The position numbers were made by a program, and so were the translations under genes. Under the pieces are notes generated by a model, which was given only the letters and a program-made list of their open reading frames with translations, did not search any database and was not told where the DNA came from. A stretch of 64,000 bases of DNA from an uncultured Paludibacter sp. (GTDB lineage: Bacteria > Bacteroidota > Bacteroidia > Bacteroidales > Paludibacteraceae), in NCBI GenBank assembly GCA_964433885.1, contig CAYSTC010000009.1, positions 55,294 through 119,293 on the forward strand, in the 5' to 3' direction. How positions within the stretch are numbered: position 1 is the first letter of the stretch; every line of letters starts with the position of its first letter. Below are positions 1 through 9,187 of this stretch, one piece after another.

Positions 1-1
1 A

Positions 2-1663
2 TCGGTTACAATCTTTTGCAAAAACACACAGTCATATCATACATATCCTCTGGGAACCTCATTAATAGAAATTTACAATGATCTCAATATCAATCTTAAG
101 TATAAGGTTGTTGCAGCGCGGGTTAATTATAAGGTAGAAGATCTGAATTTTTTAGTTTACAAGCCCAAAGACATAGATTTTATCGATTTAAGTTCTTCAT
201 CGGGAATGCGGGTTTATGTTCGCACCCTTAGCATGGTGCTGGCCAAAGCTGTCTCCGAGTTGTTTCCCAGTGCTATTCTTAAAATTGAACATCCTATTTC
301 TAAAGGGTATTATTGTAAGTTAGAAAATTTGAATCAGGAGCTTAGCCCCGAATTAATCTTACAAATCAAAGAACGGGTAAACCTGATTATTTCTCAGGGA
401 AAACGAATATACACTGAGGAAAAACAAACTGCCGAGGTTAAGGAATTGTTTGCCCGGCAGCCTCACCATAAGGATAAAATTGCACTTTTTGAAACCCTCG
501 GAACGCCGTACTGCCGTTTTTTCAGAATTGATAATTTCATTGATTACTATAACGGAGTTTTGATGCCCACGACAGATTATCTGCGGATTTTCGATTTGGT
601 GCCCTATTATGATGGAATGCTTTTACGGGTTCCTAACCGCGAAAATCCTGTAGAGCTGGAAGAAATAATTCCACAGCCCAAAATCTTCGATATTTTTAAG
701 GAGTATATGGGCTGGAATAAAATTATGAACCTCAATAATGTGGGTGAGTTTAATATTTCGTGCCAGAACAATGAGTCATTTAATCTGATTAAGGTTTCAG
801 AAGCTTTGCACGAAAAGAAAGTGGCATCAATTGCCGATATGATTTCGCAACGAGCCGGAAAAGTACGTCTGGTTTTGATTTCAGGGCCCTCTTCGTCCGG
901 TAAAACTACTTTTAGTAAGCGCCTTTCTATTCAGTTGATGGTAAGTGGATTAAAGCCTGTTGCTTTGTCGTTGGACAATTATTTTGTGAATAGAGACGAT
1001 ACACCGCGGGATGAGAATGGAGACCTGGATTTTGAACATTTGCACGCGTTGGATTTGGCTTTGTATAATCAGCACCTGAAGCAACTGCTTGCCGGCGAAG
1101 AAGTGGCGCTTCCTGTGTTTAGTTTTGAGGATGGAAAACGATCTTACAAAGGAGAAAAGCTAAAACTGACTGATGATACAATTCTGATCATGGAAGGTAT
1201 TCATGCACTGAATCCTGAACTGATTCCCGATATTCCGGTTGAGACTACATTTAAAATATATGTTTCGGCACTTACCACCATTTCCATTGATAATCACAAT
1301 TGGATTCCAACTGCCGATACCCGTTTGCTCAGACGAATTATTCGCGATTATCGCTACCGGAATTATTCTGCCCGTGAAACCATTGCCCGCTGGCCGAGCG
1401 TGCGCCGCGGCGAGGAGAAGTGGATTTTTCCCTATCAGGAAAATGCAGATGTAATGTTTAATTCGGCACTTTTGTTTGAATTGGCTGTCTTGAAAAAGCA
1501 TGCAGAACCGATTTTGGCTGAGGTGCCGAAATATTGCGATGAATATACCGAGGCGCACCGGATGATAAAATTTCTTAACTATTTTGTGCCAATTCACGAC
1601 CGGGAAATACCGCCAACATCTTTGTTGCGCGAATTTGTGGGAGGCAGTAGTTTCAGGTATTAA
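2..1663 (+). CDS. Nucleoside/uridine kinase with N-terminal threonyl-tRNA-synthetase-like domain (5' end outside window)
   Basis: P-loop GPSSSGKTT, SLDNYF, IMEGIHAL and LLRRIIRD motifs. The frame is open from base 2 to the ORF-track ATG at 206, so the true start lies upstream of the window. Confidence 0.85.
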   Translation, partial: SVTIFCKNTQSYHTYPLGTSLIEIYNDLNINLKYKVVAARVNYKVEDLNFLVYKPKDIDFIDLSSSSGMRVYVRTLSMVLAKAVSELFPSAILKIEHPISKGYYCKLENLNQELSPELILQIKERVNLIISQGKRIYTEEKQTAEVKELFARQPHHKDKIALFETLGTPYCRFFRIDNFIDYYNGVLMPTTDYLRIFDLVPYYDGMLLRVPNRENPVELEEIIPQPKIFDIFKEYMGWNKIMNLNNVGEFNISCQNNESFNLIKVSEALHEKKVASIADMISQRAGKVRLVLISGPSSSGKTTFSKRLSIQLMVSGLKPVALSLDNYFVNRDDTPRDENGDLDFEHLHALDLALYNQHLKQLLAGEEVALPVFSFEDGKRSYKGEKLKLTDDTILIMEGIHALNPELIPDIPVETTFKIYVSALTTISIDNHNWIPTADTRLLRRIIRDYRYRNYSARETIARWPSVRRGEEKWIFPYQENADVMFNSALLFELAVLKKHAEPILAEVPKYCDEYTEAHRMIKFLNYFVPIHDREIPPTSLLREFVGGSSFRY

Positions 1664-1720
1664 TGCAGAATTGTAATAAGTTTTACTGTGGCTTAGACTG
1701 GGATTTTAATTTCTTTTTTG

Positions 1721-1728
1721 TACTTTTG
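1721..1728 (+). promoter_or_regulatory. Bacteroidota housekeeping -7 promoter box
   Basis: TACTTTTG matches TAnnTTTG, 40 nt upstream of the ATG at 1768. Confidence 0.55.
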
Positions 1729-1767
1729 CGCCCAATATCTTAGTAAATAGAAATATACCAATCAGGA

Positions 1768-2463
1768 ATGAAAAAAATATTGTTGTCTATTTTTCTTCTC
1801 ATACTTGTTTCCTTTGCGGCTCACGCTCAGCGAAGAAATGGGTTGATTGGTCATAGAACACAAAGTTCCGGTTCACTCGTTTTTACTTTAGGCCCAAATT
1901 ACAGTTTTGCAGATCCGGATTGTTCCAAAGGGGTTTTTGGTCCGGTTATTAATCAGAATTTTTTTGAAAACCAAAGCCTGAGTTTTGGATACAGGTATAC
2001 TTTTTCGGACGATTTTGGCTATAAAGTGGCTTTAGGTTACGATCATTTTACCGGTGAGGATTTGAAATCAGACCGTAACTATGCATTCAAAACGAATGCG
2101 TTCCAACTGACAGGACAAGGAGAGTATTATTATCATTTTGGGAAAAGATTCCGTAGAAGATGGCCAAACACTGTTTATGGGTTTTTAGGAGTTGGAGTGA
2201 TGGCAAGCAATGCGGATCTCACCCGGCCTTCATTAGATAACAGGGGGCGTTATAAATATCGTCAGAATGATGTAACCCCAGTTATTCCCTATGGTTTCGG
2301 GTATAAATATGATATTGATTACCAGTTTTCGGTAGGAGCAGAGTTTTGTTGGAGGTACACTTTTTCCGATTTTCTGGATGGCTTCAAACCTCCTTATCCC
2401 AATTCAATAAGCAACGATGTCCTTCAGGGACTTTCGCTTACACTTTCCTATCGCCTCGAATAG
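1768..2463 (+). CDS. Outer-membrane beta-barrel protein (DUF6089/PorT-like)
   Basis: Signal peptide, alternating amphipathic beta strands rich in Y/F/G, WRYTFSDFLDG motif, terminal strand LSLTLSYRL. Confidence 0.65.
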   Translation: MKKILLSIFLLILVSFAAHAQRRNGLIGHRTQSSGSLVFTLGPNYSFADPDCSKGVFGPVINQNFFENQSLSFGYRYTFSDDFGYKVALGYDHFTGEDLKSDRNYAFKTNAFQLTGQGEYYYHFGKRFRRRWPNTVYGFLGVGVMASNADLTRPSLDNRGRYKYRQNDVTPVIPYGFGYKYDIDYQFSVGAEFCWRYTFSDFLDGFKPPYPNSISNDVLQGLSLTLSYRLE

Positions 2464-4746
2464 TTATTTCCCTTCGCCCTGCAGGATTATTTCTCTTGCG
2501 GGCACCAACCCACCGCCCGAAATGGTCAGAACTGCCGAATGAATTCCAATGGAAGCAGGCCGGTAGTTTATAGTTATATTCTTGCCGGTAGTAGCATTAA
2601 CGTCTTCTTTTATCAATATGCCTGCAGAAACAGTAAACATGCCTGCATCAGGTCCAGTCAAAGTCAAACTTAGCGTATCTGTAATATCGGTAGTTTTAAT
2701 GATAAAAGATTTGGTCTTTATTGAATTTATTTTTGTGGCCGGAAATTGAATGGCATTATCAATTTTTCCTGCAAACACTACGGGTTTTAATGGAGTGTAT
2801 TGCGCAGATGCTGAACCTGTAATTTTTAAATCAACAGAGGATGCTCCTGCGCTTGTGAGTTGCAACACGTCTGTATGTATACCACTCACTGAGGGATTGT
2901 ATCTGATTTGAATAGTATCGGTAATGCTGTTAACAGTTGGTATTAATTTCAGGTTTTTCTTCCAGCTACTGTCAGTTGATCGTTTGATGTCAAAATGAAT
3001 TTTATCTTTCAATGTAATTGCAATTGAGTCTTTCAATGCAGAACCATGCACAATAATACGCTGGATATCTGATGGTGTTCCTGTATTTGTAATGAAATTA
3101 GTTATAATTCCGTTGATTGCTATTGTTGGGGGTGGGGTGCCTCCCATTAGTTTAAAGGTAATGCTGTCGCTGGTTTTTGTAATTTCTGTAATTGCCCGGT
3201 TCATGTTTGTACCCCACCACGTCGTTGGTGTAAATGCCCCGCTGGTAAAAGCCGTTCCCGGTGTAGTTTCCGAACCGCTTAGTGGCTGTAGATATATCCG
3301 CATGTGGTTTACATTTGTTTGTAACGATCCGCCATAGTTATTGGGCATGTTGTACAGCCATGCCGTCTCGTTGTAGTCGATATGCCAGATAAGCATTCCT
3401 TCGGCGGGCAGATAGGCATCCCAGCCGGTTAGTTTGCGGTATTCCAATACATAAAACTCCGTAGGACTCGGGTTGTTCCCATTCAGGTTGTGGGTTGTTT
3501 CTGAGATCAGAAAGGCTTGGTTTTGTGTGTTTGGCGGTGGGGTTTTTCCCTGGTAAATTGGTTTTAAAGTCAGATCGGAGCTGCTGCTTACTTGTTGTGG
3601 AGTGAGCCAGCCCAGATAGAACCGGTCGAAAACGGAATAGGTGGGAGGAGTTTTGCCAGAGTTAAGATAGCAGCCTTCGTCCATAATGCTCCATTCGTTG
3701 AGCGTATTGATGTCTACCGAATAAGTTGTATGGTAGTAATCGGGAAGTCCGAGCACGTGTCCGAATTCGTGACAAAAAGTGCCTATGCCGCACATTTCAG
3801 TGCCTGAACTGCCTTTGAGTTCTGACGTACAGGCATAGTAATTGATCGTTTTGCCATCAAAAACATTATTCCCCGGATACCCTGCTTCCCATAAACTCCA
3901 TCTGTGTGGCCAGATACTATTGGCCGGTCCGCCTTCAGCCTCGTTATTGCCGGCATAATATACGAACACATTATCCACGAATCCATCGTTATCATTATCA
4001 TAGCGGGTAAAATCAACTCCGTCCTGATCGGCGGCTTCGCAGGCAGAGGCTATCATGTATTGGGGCCGGATGTCGTTCCCGTTTGCATCGTTGGCTCCAT
4101 AATAAGCCATTGGTTGAGGCAATGTATATGGGCCTACCACATCAAAATCCGGTGTAAATTTACCGTAGGAAGCCGACATGAAGTAATCGCGGGCTGAACC
4201 GGTGGCGCCATTTGCACTGTATCCTTCGCTGTTTGACATATTTCGAAAAGAAGTCAGTGGCGATGGAGTAACAAATGCTTTGTCGCTGAAATTCACCAGT
4301 ATTACCAGCACTTTAGGAGAGCCGGAAAGGGGAAATGCGCTTTGTGATTTGTTCTGCTTAGGAGCTGCCGAACCTTTTATTTTTAAAGGAGAGGTGCTTT
4401 GTGCCCGCTCTAAAATGGTTGATTTGGAAATTGTTTTAAGAAATCTGATTTCAGAAGCAGTTCGTTGATTTATATTGCGTGCCGGATAGTTGCTTTCTAC
4501 AATCTGACCGGTGGCATTCAGGGTGGCATAAGTCAGGAATCCTTTGGCATTGGCTTTTAAAAGATAGCCATCTTCGGTTGTTCGGTGATGATGCGATTCA
4601 TCACCACGCAATAGTATAGTAAGTTTTTTGCCGTCAGGTTGGGTAACAGACACAGGGAATGGGTACGCTTTTACGGCGTATACATGGTAGCAGGTCAGTT
4701 GGAAAACAAGTACACAAAAGAAAAAAAACGCTTTACTATGAAGCAT
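2464..4746 (-). CDS. M6 family (immune inhibitor A-like) metalloprotease with two C-terminal Ig-like domains
   Basis: QPDG...GDE propeptide, ILVNFSD, IWPH, zinc motif HEFGHVLGLPD, WSIMDxG, GMLIWHID; signal peptide. Confidence 0.85.
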   Translation of the reverse strand: MLHSKAFFFFCVLVFQLTCYHVYAVKAYPFPVSVTQPDGKKLTILLRGDESHHHRTTEDGYLLKANAKGFLTYATLNATGQIVESNYPARNINQRTASEIRFLKTISKSTILERAQSTSPLKIKGSAAPKQNKSQSAFPLSGSPKVLVILVNFSDKAFVTPSPLTSFRNMSNSEGYSANGATGSARDYFMSASYGKFTPDFDVVGPYTLPQPMAYYGANDANGNDIRPQYMIASACEAADQDGVDFTRYDNDNDGFVDNVFVYYAGNNEAEGGPANSIWPHRWSLWEAGYPGNNVFDGKTINYYACTSELKGSSGTEMCGIGTFCHEFGHVLGLPDYYHTTYSVDINTLNEWSIMDEGCYLNSGKTPPTYSVFDRFYLGWLTPQQVSSSSDLTLKPIYQGKTPPPNTQNQAFLISETTHNLNGNNPSPTEFYVLEYRKLTGWDAYLPAEGMLIWHIDYNETAWLYNMPNNYGGSLQTNVNHMRIYLQPLSGSETTPGTAFTSGAFTPTTWWGTNMNRAITEITKTSDSITFKLMGGTPPPTIAINGIITNFITNTGTPSDIQRIIVHGSALKDSIAITLKDKIHFDIKRSTDSSWKKNLKLIPTVNSITDTIQIRYNPSVSGIHTDVLQLTSAGASSVDLKITGSASAQYTPLKPVVFAGKIDNAIQFPATKINSIKTKSFIIKTTDITDTLSLTLTGPDAGMFTVSAGILIKEDVNATTGKNITINYRPASIGIHSAVLTISGGGLVPAREIILQGEGK

Positions 4747-5021
4747 TAAAATGTTGGTATTTAAAGTAAATCAGGCAAATATAGTAATAATATCTTGTTC
4801 AAATCTGTTGACAAACAGTTCTTTTAGCATAGTTTATTATAATAATGAAAAATGACATTTTTTCAGTTTCCGGAATTTATTGAGATATTTCTATATTACT
4901 TTGAAAATTAGTTTTTTAATGGACTATTATAACAACCGGAAGCTATGTAATGTTTATGTGTTTTGTGCCGTAATGTCATTATTATCTGGCTGTTAGTGAC
5001 TAAATGGCACAAAAATGCTGT

Positions 5022-5036
5022 TGGCATTTAGTTTGA
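5022..5036 (+). promoter_or_regulatory. Putative sigma54-type -24/-12 promoter of hsp20
   Basis: TGGCA-TTTAGT-TTGA has correct sigma54 spacing (GA instead of GC at -12). TGACA-N3-TGTCA-like sites lie upstream. Confidence 0.45.
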
Positions 5037-5076
5037 ATATAGACAGTCGCAAAACAAATTAATGTATAACTAAAAA

Positions 5077-5529
5077 ATGGAGGATAAAACTATGTCACTC
5101 GTTCGATTTTCTAACCAGTTACCTTCGATGTTTGACCGTTTTTTTGAAGGCGATTTATTCGATTGGTCAAACCGCAATTACTCACTCACAAATACTACTT
5201 TACCATCGGTGAACATTAAAGAAAATGCTGATGAGTATAAAGTGGAAGTCGCAGCTCCGGGATTTGATAAAAATGATTTCAAATTGGAACTCGACCACGA
5301 TACACTCACCATTTCGTCCGAAAAGAAAGTAGAAAACGAAACTAAAGAAGGTGAAAAATTCACTAAACGTGAATTCAGCTATCAATCGTTCAGCCGTACG
5401 TTTACTTTGCCTCAGACTGCTGATGGCGACCGGATACAGGCAAGTTACGACAACGGAATTTTGAATGTAAGCATTCCTAAAAAGGAAGAAGCTAAGCCAA
5501 AACCTGCAAGAATGATTGAAATTAGCTAA
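5077..5529 (+). CDS. Small heat-shock protein, Hsp20/alpha-crystallin family (start may be 5092)
   Basis: PSVNIKE, APGFDK, REFSYQSFSRTFTLP, ASYDNGILNVSIPK motifs. Confidence 0.95.
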   Translation: MEDKTMSLVRFSNQLPSMFDRFFEGDLFDWSNRNYSLTNTTLPSVNIKENADEYKVEVAAPGFDKNDFKLELDHDTLTISSEKKVENETKEGEKFTKREFSYQSFSRTFTLPQTADGDRIQASYDNGILNVSIPKKEEAKPKPARMIEIS

Positions 5530-5580
5530 TGCATTCAAAAAATGCTGAACATATCGGCATTAAAATCAATTAATCTTAGT

Positions 5581-5617
5581 CGGAGTACGGCTTTAAAGTC
5601 GTGCTCCGTTTTTTTTT
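5581..5617 (+). terminator. Intrinsic terminator between hsp20 and thioredoxin
   Basis: CGGAGTACGGCT..AGTCGTGCTCCG hairpin followed by a T9 run. Confidence 0.7.
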
Positions 5618-5637
5618 ATAAACAATCACAAATCATT

Positions 5638-5934
5638 ATGGAAACATTTCAGGATATAATTAAGGGTGATAAACCCGTGCTTGTCGATTTTTTTGCAACG
5701 TGGTGCGGACCGTGTAAAGCCATGAGTCCGGTTGTGGAATCGGTGGGAAAAGAATTGCAGGGTCAGGCCCGTGTTTTGAAAATTGATGTAGATAAAAACC
5801 AGGCTATTGCGGCACAATATGGTGTGCAGGCCGTACCTACTTTCATTATTTTCAAAAAAGGCCAAGTGGTATGGAAGCATGCCGGTGGTATGGATAAGGC
5901 TACGTTGATGCAACAAATCAGAAAATTCGGTTGA
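5638..5934 (+). CDS. trxA: Thioredoxin
   Basis: VDFFATWCGPC active site, KIDVD, VPT. Likely start METFQD at 5638 rather than 5542. Confidence 0.92.
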   Translation: METFQDIIKGDKPVLVDFFATWCGPCKAMSPVVESVGKELQGQARVLKIDVDKNQAIAAQYGVQAVPTFIIFKKGQVVWKHAGGMDKATLMQQIRKFG

Positions 5935-6128
5935 ATCGGGGCTGATGCAGCCGATTTGTTTAATGAGGTACAATATATTTTGTTATTTACATAATTATGA
6001 TTTTCTTTGTACCTGCATAAACTAACATTCATTATTTGTTTGAAACGAACATACACACTGGCTTTTGACTATGAAAATGAGCGTATTCATGTGTAGGTTT
6101 CTGCAACAACTAACTAAAAGAAAAACGT

Positions 6129-7892
6129 ATGAAACAGTTTTTTAAATTTACACTTGCCACGATAGTAGGTATTATTATCACTTCCATGTTGGGTATTCTT
6201 ATTTTCTTTATTGTTGTTGGTGCCATTGCAGGCTCAACCGAAAAGGTCACCCAGCTGAAACCGAACTCGGTGTACGAATTGGATCTGGAAGGCCGGTTGG
6301 TCGACCGTTCGGAAGACAATCCTTTTGCGGCAGCATTTGCTGATGCTACCGGTCAAACTGCTGAAACCACCATTGGGCTGGACGACGTGCTGGCTAATAT
6401 CGAAAAGGCTAAAAAAGACGACAATATCGTTGGGATTTATCTCAGGGGCGGTTCGTTGGCAGGTGGTATTGCTTCGATAAAGGAAATCAGAAATGCGTTG
6501 CTTGATTTCAAAAAAAGCGGAAAATTCATTGTGGCCTATGCCGATAATTATTCACAACGGATGTATTACCTGGCGTCGGTGGCCGATAAAGTGCTGCTCA
6601 ATCCGCAGGGAATGCTTGAGCTGAAAGGGCTTTCGGCTCAGACTATGTTTCTGAAAAATACGCTGGACAAACTGGGTATCGAAATGCAGATAGTGAAAGT
6701 AGGTACATTCAAATCGGCTGTTGAACCGCTGGTGAATACTAAAATGAGTGATGCCAACCGCTTGCAGGTAACTGTATTTATGGGTTCTATCTGGAATACC
6801 ATGTTGAAAGAAATTTCTGCTTCGCGCAAAATTCCGGTGGATACACTGAACAAATATGCCGACGAAATGCTGATGTTCCAACCCACAGAGAAATCGCTGC
6901 AATATAAATTGGTGGATAAACTGGTGTATATCGACGAGGTGGACAGCATTTTGAAGAAGAGTGCCAGGAAACTGGAAAAGAAAGATGAACTTGCTTTTGT
7001 GTCGCACGCCGAGATGACTAATTTGCCGGCTGACAGCAAATACGATAAAAACAAAGTGGCTGTGATTTATGCCATTGGCGATATTACCGACTCCGAGGGC
7101 GAAGGTATTGTGGCTAAAAATATGGTGAAAATGATCAATGATGTGGCCAAAGATTCGGCTGTGAAAGCGGTGGTTTTGCGCGTGAGCTCGCCGGGTGGAA
7201 GCGCTTATGCTTCGGAGCAAATCTGGCATGCGCTGGAAATGTTGAAAAAGAAGAAACCATTGATTGTGTCTATGGGCGATTATGCAGCTTCGGGCGGTTA
7301 CTATATTTCGTGTATGGCCGACCAGGTGGTGGCGCAACCCAACACAATTACCGGTTCCATTGGTATTTTCGGTGTGATTCCAAACATTAAAGGCCTGAAC
7401 GAAAAACTCGGACTGACTTACGATGGTGTGAAAACCAATAAAATGAGTGATGCTATTTCAGTAAACCGTGCGTTTACGCCCGAAGAACGCGACCTGATGC
7501 AAAATTACGTGAACCGTGGCTACGAACTGTTTGTAAAACGGTGTGCCGATGGACGTAAAATGACTACCGACCAGATTAAAACCATTGCCGAAGGGCGTGT
7601 ATGGACCGGACAGGATGCGTTGAGAATAGGGTTGGTAGATAAAATTGGAGGATTGCAGGATGCCATTAAACTGGCAGTGGACAAAGCCAAACTGAAATCG
7701 TATAACGTAACCGAATATCCCGAAAAAGAAGATTTTGCTACCAAGTTTATGAAAAGCTTCGGAAAAGATATTGAAGCCCGTGTTATGAAAGCCCAGCTTG
7801 GCGAACAATACAACATTCTGAAACAAATCCGGAATGTGGATAAGATAAACGGAATTCAGGCCCGCATGTCGTACGACCTGAACATACAATAA
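6129..7892 (+). CDS. sppA: Signal peptide peptidase A, 67-kDa type
   Basis: N-terminal TM helix, YYLASVAD, GTFKSAVEP, RVSSPGGS, SMGDYAASGGYY, TGSIGIFG, EGRVWTG. Confidence 0.95.
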   Translation: MKQFFKFTLATIVGIIITSMLGILIFFIVVGAIAGSTEKVTQLKPNSVYELDLEGRLVDRSEDNPFAAAFADATGQTAETTIGLDDVLANIEKAKKDDNIVGIYLRGGSLAGGIASIKEIRNALLDFKKSGKFIVAYADNYSQRMYYLASVADKVLLNPQGMLELKGLSAQTMFLKNTLDKLGIEMQIVKVGTFKSAVEPLVNTKMSDANRLQVTVFMGSIWNTMLKEISASRKIPVDTLNKYADEMLMFQPTEKSLQYKLVDKLVYIDEVDSILKKSARKLEKKDELAFVSHAEMTNLPADSKYDKNKVAVIYAIGDITDSEGEGIVAKNMVKMINDVAKDSAVKAVVLRVSSPGGSAYASEQIWHALEMLKKKKPLIVSMGDYAASGGYYISCMADQVVAQPNTITGSIGIFGVIPNIKGLNEKLGLTYDGVKTNKMSDAISVNRAFTPEERDLMQNYVNRGYELFVKRCADGRKMTTDQIKTIAEGRVWTGQDALRIGLVDKIGGLQDAIKLAVDKAKLKSYNVTEYPEKEDFATKFMKSFGKDIEARVMKAQLGEQYNILKQIRNVDKINGIQARMSYDLNIQ

Positions 7893-7930
7893 ATTGTCTT
7901 TTGCGTTTTTTATTATATTTTGTTTCGAAG

Positions 7931-7959
7931 AGACTGGGTGCGATGCCCGGTCTTTTTTT
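7931..7959 (+). terminator. Intrinsic terminator after sppA
   Basis: AGACTGGGT..GCCCGGTCT stem followed by a T run. Confidence 0.65.
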
Positions 7960-7963
7960 ATGT

Positions 7964-8000
7964 CCAGCTTTTCCAAAGTTCTGAACTTTGGAAAAGCTGG
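7964..8000. repeat. Perfect 18-bp-arm palindrome (REP-like)
   Basis: CCAGCTTTTCCAAAGTTC-T-GAACTTTGGAAAAGCTGG. Confidence 0.85.
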
Positions 8001-8026
8001 AATTGGGAAACCCGGAAAAAATCCCT

Positions 8027-8034
8027 TATCTTTG
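8027..8034 (+). promoter_or_regulatory. Bacteroidota -7 promoter box of the queuosine-precursor transporter gene
   Basis: TATCTTTG, upstream of the riboswitch. Confidence 0.6.
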
Positions 8035-8058
8035 CGTTCGCTTTTGCACTTCTGCAAA

Positions 8059-8089
8059 ACGTGTGCTTGAACACCACGTAAAAAACAAG
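8059..8089 (+). ncRNA. preQ1 class I riboswitch aptamer
   Basis: P1 ACGTG/CACGT, loop TGCTTGAACAC ending in ACAC, A6 tail, then CAAG complementary to loop CTTG (H-type pseudoknot). Directly upstream of a YhhQ-family gene. Confidence 0.8.
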
Positions 8090-8093
8090 AGTT

Positions 8094-8774
8094 ATGAAAA
8101 AACAAGTTTCCGTCGCCTTTATGGTGTGTGGCCTGCTGTTCACAGTATGCCTCATCGTTTCCAACATTGTTGAGCAAAAATTAATTACCATTTTCGGCAT
8201 CGAATGTACTGCCGGTTTGCTCATTTTCCCTGTATCTTATATTATCAACGACCTTATTGCCGAAGTGTGGGGCTACCGCAAAGTGCGCCTCATTATCTGG
8301 AACGGGTTCCTGATGAATTTCCTGGCTGTGCTGGTTTTCAGGCTTAGTATCTGGGCGCCGGGTTCGGAGCATTTCACCAATCAGGAGGCTTTTGCCTCGG
8401 TGCTGGGCAATACCGAGCGCATTGTGGTGGCCAGTTTTATCGCGTTTTTGTTCGGTTCGTTTCTGAACGCTTACGTAATGAGTAAGATGAAAATCCTGCA
8501 ACACGGACGTGGGTTTTCCATTCGGGCGGTGGCTTCCACCATCGTGGGCGAAGGAGCCGACTCGCTGGTGTTTTTCACCATTGCTTTTTCGGGGATAATC
8601 CCCACGCAAGCGCTGCTGATGCTTATTCTTACGCAGACAGCCCTCAAAACCGGTTACGAAATTGTGGCTTTGCCCATTACCAACATCGTGGTGAAGTACG
8701 TGAAGAAACACGAACAAACCGACGTGTACGACCGGGGTATTTCGTACAATCCGCTTAAGGTGAAAGATATTTAA
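8094..8774 (+). CDS. yhhQ: Queuosine precursor transporter (YhhQ/VUT family)
   Basis: IVSNI, AGLLIFPVSYIINDLIAEVWGY, ASFIAF, STIVGEGADSLVFFTIAF motifs; multi-TM; preQ1 riboswitch upstream. Confidence 0.9.
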   Translation: MKKQVSVAFMVCGLLFTVCLIVSNIVEQKLITIFGIECTAGLLIFPVSYIINDLIAEVWGYRKVRLIIWNGFLMNFLAVLVFRLSIWAPGSEHFTNQEAFASVLGNTERIVVASFIAFLFGSFLNAYVMSKMKILQHGRGFSIRAVASTIVGEGADSLVFFTIAFSGIIPTQALLMLILTQTALKTGYEIVALPITNIVVKYVKKHEQTDVYDRGISYNPLKVKDI

Positions 8775-8800
8775 AGAAATAAGGACTCGTTCAGGCCCGC

Positions 8801-8838
8801 AAAAGCTGCTTCAATCATGGTGTTGAGGCAGCTTTTTG
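8801..8838 (+). terminator. Intrinsic terminator
   Basis: AAAAGCTGCTTCAA..TTGAGGCAGCTTTT hairpin with T run. Confidence 0.7.
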
Positions 8839-9187
8839 TGTTATTGGCAGAATTTAATGCTTGTTTCCTGTTTCCAGTATTGCCCCTTTAATGTTTTGAA
8901 ATAGAATTCATCAGCATTCAGTTTCAGAAAAGATATTTTTAGCCTTGTTTTCAACTGCACATTCTCCCAAGTAGATATTTTTGAGCTCTTAAACTTTATT
9001 TTTATATTATATTTATATTGCCATATAATGATAAAATAAATATATATTTATATTATTAAAGCCAATTATATATAATATAAGTACATTATTATGTTTTTAG
9101 GAAATTATATTTTTATATTAAATATAATGTATATATTTGTATTATCACATATTGGTAGTAATAATATCGTTTTAAAATGCTTTATCA

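Noticed and set aside
8990..9187. Replication origin / DNA unwinding element
   Set aside because: No DnaA-box cluster or origin-linked genes seen; it contains an ordinary -7 promoter box.
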